Source of the DNA: Macrostomum lignano
Taxonomy: Eukaryota
Assembly (NCBI GenBank): GCA_002269645.1
Contig: NIVC01000017.1
Coordinates: forward strand, 124,001 to 188,000
Reading direction: 5' to 3'
DNA length: 64,000 nt
The notes beneath the pieces are model-generated. The model did not search any database, was not told where the DNA came from, and saw only the letters and a program-made list of their open reading frames with translations. The stretch's first letter is position 1. Every line of letters begins with the position of its first letter. The position numbers and the translations under genes were made by a program. Of this stretch, positions 60,021 through 64,000 are shown in pieces.

Positions 60021-61028
60021 CTGACTGGCCGATGACTTTAGACTGCCAGAAATAAACTGCTGACCCAAAAACTAAACTAAGCCCAAAACCTATCTAAGGG
60101 GCCGGCAAACTCCGGCCCGCGAAGCCTCTCTAAGGGACACGTTTGTGTCCCTTCTCAGCTCTCTTCTCTCTTCTCTTTTCCTCTATCTCCTTTTCTCTCT
60201 TGTCTGGTCCTCGGCCAGGAGGTGGATTGTTCATCTGGCCCTTGAGGTTTGAGGTAAACAACCCCCTCTGCCCTAACCCATTGTGAACTAGGATTGTATG
60301 GTATGGAGATAATCAAGAGAAAATTCAAGATTCCTCCCATAAATTTTGAGACAAAAAATCTGAATAACGTTGCTTTTTAGCTTTCAGAAAATAGATAACT
60401 ATTATATAATTTCTAATGCCTTCACTCCGGTGATTAAGTCGTTGACGGAATATATTCTCCATACTACTTACCCAATAAGTAGTTTAGGCCATTAAAAGTG
60501 TTGAAAGTTCCATCGGCTCGTGTACAGTAGTGAAAATTTGATTTTTCCTGAATTGCCGATATGTAGTGTAGACAACTTCATAAAGCAAAAATTCTGTGTT
60601 TAAAACATACATCAGAAAAGCATCAGACTGTTAATAAAACAAGCTATTTACTTTATATGTTTATATTATTTATATATTTGATTGTATGTGATAAATATTC
60701 GTTATTCGCCGCTGTCTATAGTTCTACTATTTACTTCAGATATTGCATGGTGTTTGGCTGGAATTAAACAGCTTTTTATTCTTATGCCTGTACATAAGTA
60801 ATTACTCTTTTCAGTCTATGCGTATTACTTCACGAGTAGTATGTCCTTATTTATTTCAAAAAGTTAATTTTTTGAACGACTCCAACAGGTCGTAAAATTT
60901 ATATCTATAGTTTTATCTTGAGTCTTTTTTAAACTTGTCTCCTTTGCAAAGTACTTTTCGCTACATATCGGTAGTCGACCTGTTTCTAAAAAAAATTACC
61001 ATTGCACTTTACGATTTCTGCCAAGCCG

Positions 61029-63847
61029 ATGGACCCGATGACTGCCCAGTTCACCAGGCGGTACAATATACCTCTGGATCATTTAGATTTTCGATACATA
61101 TCGGGCTGCTCGGACGTTAAAGAATTAGAAAACATCTACAAAGTGTTGCTATCTGGCGAGGAGGGCCGCTACCCGGAGTTGGAGACCCATTGCGAGGAGA
61201 GGCTCAGATTGCTGGCTCCAAACAGGTACAGTTGTTTGAGTAGTTTTGGATTCAGTGTTTGTTTAAAACCGTGCTGCTTCTCAGCGTATCGCAAAAGCGG
61301 CTTCTAAGAAAAGACCAGCAATAGACATGCTCCCGTTACGGGGGATAAGCCCATTGTAAATGATACCGAAAGAGCCGTCCAAGAATCGTTGTGTTGGCGC
61401 TTATCTTTCCACTAACACAGTAGGCTAGTTAGAGTGCAATTCGAGTTCAAAAATAGGCTACACCACAGATACTAGAATAACTGGATGAGCCACTCGGGCA
61501 TATATACTTAGTAAACAGCTTTCTACTTTCAGTTCAGTAGCAAATAAGAATACATAAGCTATTTTATAAAAATAATGGCAGAGCTGAAATGACTTTGATA
61601 AGTTTAGAAGCCCAAGCTTACAGGCGTAAACAGCTTGCTAATTGGTTCAGTCATAATGTACATTAGCTAGTCCATTGAAATGTACATGGCAGCTTTAGGC
61701 TGGAATTCCGACAGAAAGGCAATAAAATTGCAGGGTCGGGGCGGTTAGTGTGGAAAGCGGTTGGGGGGGGGGTAAGAGCCAATAAATGAGCCTTGGCTTT
61801 AAAAATACATTAAAATGCTTCTGTTTAATTTACTACTGAACTGAAAGTAGTTTACACGCATATCTCATCTTGAGGCAAAAAAGAGACAGTAAAAGTCCAA
61901 TGGTTTCATTTTTTTATTTTTTATAAATTTGAATTCCCGAATTCCGCCCTCAGCCGAGCGCTACGCAAGGAGCAGCCGCCGCTCAGTGCGGCCGGCCTCG
62001 ATCAGGCCGAGTGGGCCAGCATAGCGGCGGATTTGAATGCTTGGACTGCCGCAGTGAATACTAATACTGGCAGTGCCGATGCCGGCCAGGAGAAATCCAA
62101 AACCGATGCGGACGATCTCTTGCCGCCAGTTCGAGCGGCTAATGCCACTATTAACTTGAGTCAGTCTCAGCAGCAGCAGCAGATGGCTTCTTCAACAACG
62201 ACTACATCCGGTCGAACTTCCGGTTCTAGCGTATCAGCCAGCTCGGCAAAACGGCCGATGCCGCGTAGCTATGACGAATGGTCGAAATTGGAGAAGCAAT
62301 TGGAGGCGCAGGAGGAGCGGGACGCCGCTATTGCCGCTGATGAAGCCTCCATCAAACAGGTGTTGCCCTATAGAATTCTTTATATAGAATCTATAGAACC
62401 CTTTCACAAGCTCGAATCTTCAGATCCCCATAAGGGCCTTCAATTCCTTTCACAAGCTCGAAGCTTCAGATCCCCATAAGGGCCTCCAATCCCTTTCACA
62501 AGCTCGAAGCTTCAGATCCCCATAAGCCTTCAATCCCTTTCACAAGCTCGAAGCTTCAGATCCCCATAAGGGCCTTCAATTCCTTTCACAAGCTCGAAGC
62601 TTCAGATCCCCATAAGGGCCTTCAATTCCTTTCACAAGCTCGAAGCTTCAGATCCCCATAAGGGCCTTCAATTCCTTTCACAAGCTCGAAGCTTCAGATC
62701 CCCATAAGGGCCTCCAATCCCTTTCACAAGCTCGAAGCTTCAGATCCCCATAAGCCTCCAATCCCTTTCACAAGCTCGAAGCTTCAGATCCCCATAAGGG
62801 CCTTCAATTCCTTTCACAAGCTCGAAGCTTCAGATCCCCATAAGGGCCTTCAATTCCTTTCACAAGCTCGAAGCTTCAGATCCCCATAAGGGCCTTCAAT
62901 TCCTTTCACAAGCTCGAAGCTTCAGATCCCCATAAGGGCCTCCAATCCCTTTCACAAGCTCGAAGCTTCAGATCCCCATAAGCCTCCAATCCCTTTCACA
63001 AGCTCGAAGCTTCAGATCCCCATAATGGCCTTCAATCCTTTTCACAAGCTCGAAGCTTCAGATCCCCATAAGCCTCCAATCCCTTTCACAAGCTCGAAGC
63101 TTCAGATCCCCATAAGCCTCCAATCCCTTTCACAAGCTCGAAGCTTCAGATCCCCATAAGCCTCCAATCCCTTTCACAAGCTCGAAGCTTCAGATCCCCA
63201 TAAGGTCCTTCAATCCTTTTCACAAGCTCGAAGCTTCAGATCCCCATAAGCCTCCAATCCCTTTCACAAGCTCGAAGCTTCAGATCCCCATAAGGTCCTT
63301 CAATCCTTTTCACAAGCTCGAAGCTTCAGATCCCCATAAGCCTCCAATCCCTTTCACAAGCTCGAAGCTTCAGATCCCCATAAGCCTCCAATCCCTTTCA
63401 CAAGCTCGAAGCTTCAGATCCCCATAAGCCTCCAATTCCTTTCACAAGCTCGAAGCTTCAGATCCCCATAAGGTCCTTCAATCCTTTTCACAAGCTCGAA
63501 GCTTCAGATCTCCATAAGGTCTTTCAATACCTTTTAGACTTTATGACTACAAGTGCATGGTTAGAGGAGAAATAACTGATAGCAAAACAAAACCCCTCAG
63601 GCCAACGCTAGCAAACCTTCGCCAGCTGCAACAGCTTCTCCGGCTAGTCGAAAGGTGCCCAATCTGCCCAACCGGCTGCGTGTTGACGGTCTATCCAATG
63701 AAGAGCGAGCTCGTTTAGCCGAACAGGAGAAAGCAAAGGGCAACGAAGCGTTCCGATCGGGCGATTACGAAGAGGCGGCCCTGTACTATAGCCGGAGCGT
63801 GTCTGCCAGCCCACTGCCGGCTGCCTACAATAATAGAGCTTTCGCTT
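61029..63847 (+). CDS. SPAG1: SPAG1 TPR co-chaperone (dynein arm assembly factor), first three exons; continues beyond the window
   Basis: Exons 61029-61225, 61954-62359 and 63601-63847. IPLDHLDFRYI...DVKELE...SGEEGRYPEL, SRALRKE...EW...W, and TPR EKAKGNEAFRSGDYEEA...YNNRA match the SPAG1 N-terminus. Confidence 0.9.
61478..61870. mobile_element. Probable MITE in SPAG1 intron 1
   Basis: Perfect 18-bp inverted pair CTACTTTCAGTTCAGTAG at 61523-61540 and 61833-61850. Outer ends are imprecise. Confidence 0.55.
62396..63520. repeat. 42-46 bp minisatellite in SPAG1 intron 2
   Basis: CCTTTCACAAGCTCGAAGCTTCAGATCCCCATAAG + variable linker. Confidence 0.95.
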
Positions 63848-64000
63848 GTGAGTTTTTCGATTGTTTTTTTTAATTTTTTGTCGTAATTTTTGCATATTTC
63901 TACTGTCAGTAGTCTGATTTAAGTTTGCGGAAAGTTTCCGAGCTGGCATTTGGAAAATGCTGAGATGTCAATGGTTTACCGATGCATTACTATCATTATT

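Overview
Eukaryotic, intron- and repeat-rich animal DNA. It is most likely the flatworm Macrostomum (inferred from a 41-nt match to the M. lignano spliced-leader sequence as I recall it). Host genes with frame-consistent exon models: CDK9 (-), RNF146 (+), the 5' part of SPAG1 (+), a GT32/DXD glycosyltransferase (-), an EDA/Eiger-type TNF ligand (-), and two unassigned multi-exon genes (+). Damaged genes: an F-type lectin with two frameshifts and a J-domain gene (HPD->HLD, premature stop). Mobile DNA: a full-length but defective Ty3/Gypsy element with near-identical LTRs, a 5.9-kb PHD-FLYWCH-MULE transposon flanked by TA, an internally deleted P/THAP9-like element nested in a Mutator-type MITE, three tRNA-CORE SINEs, several MITE/foldback elements and about 20 minisatellite arrays, mostly intronic. 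Most long ORFs in the supplied track are artefacts of these arrays. The most unusual signals are (1) small TIR elements whose centre is a 64-nt copy of the 28S rRNA segment containing the R2/I-PpoI target site, with mismatches clustered at the cut site (three copies, apparently two TIR shells), and (2) an orphan genomic spliced-leader relic head-to-head with a SINE. All comparisons to known sequences are from memory; no searches were run.
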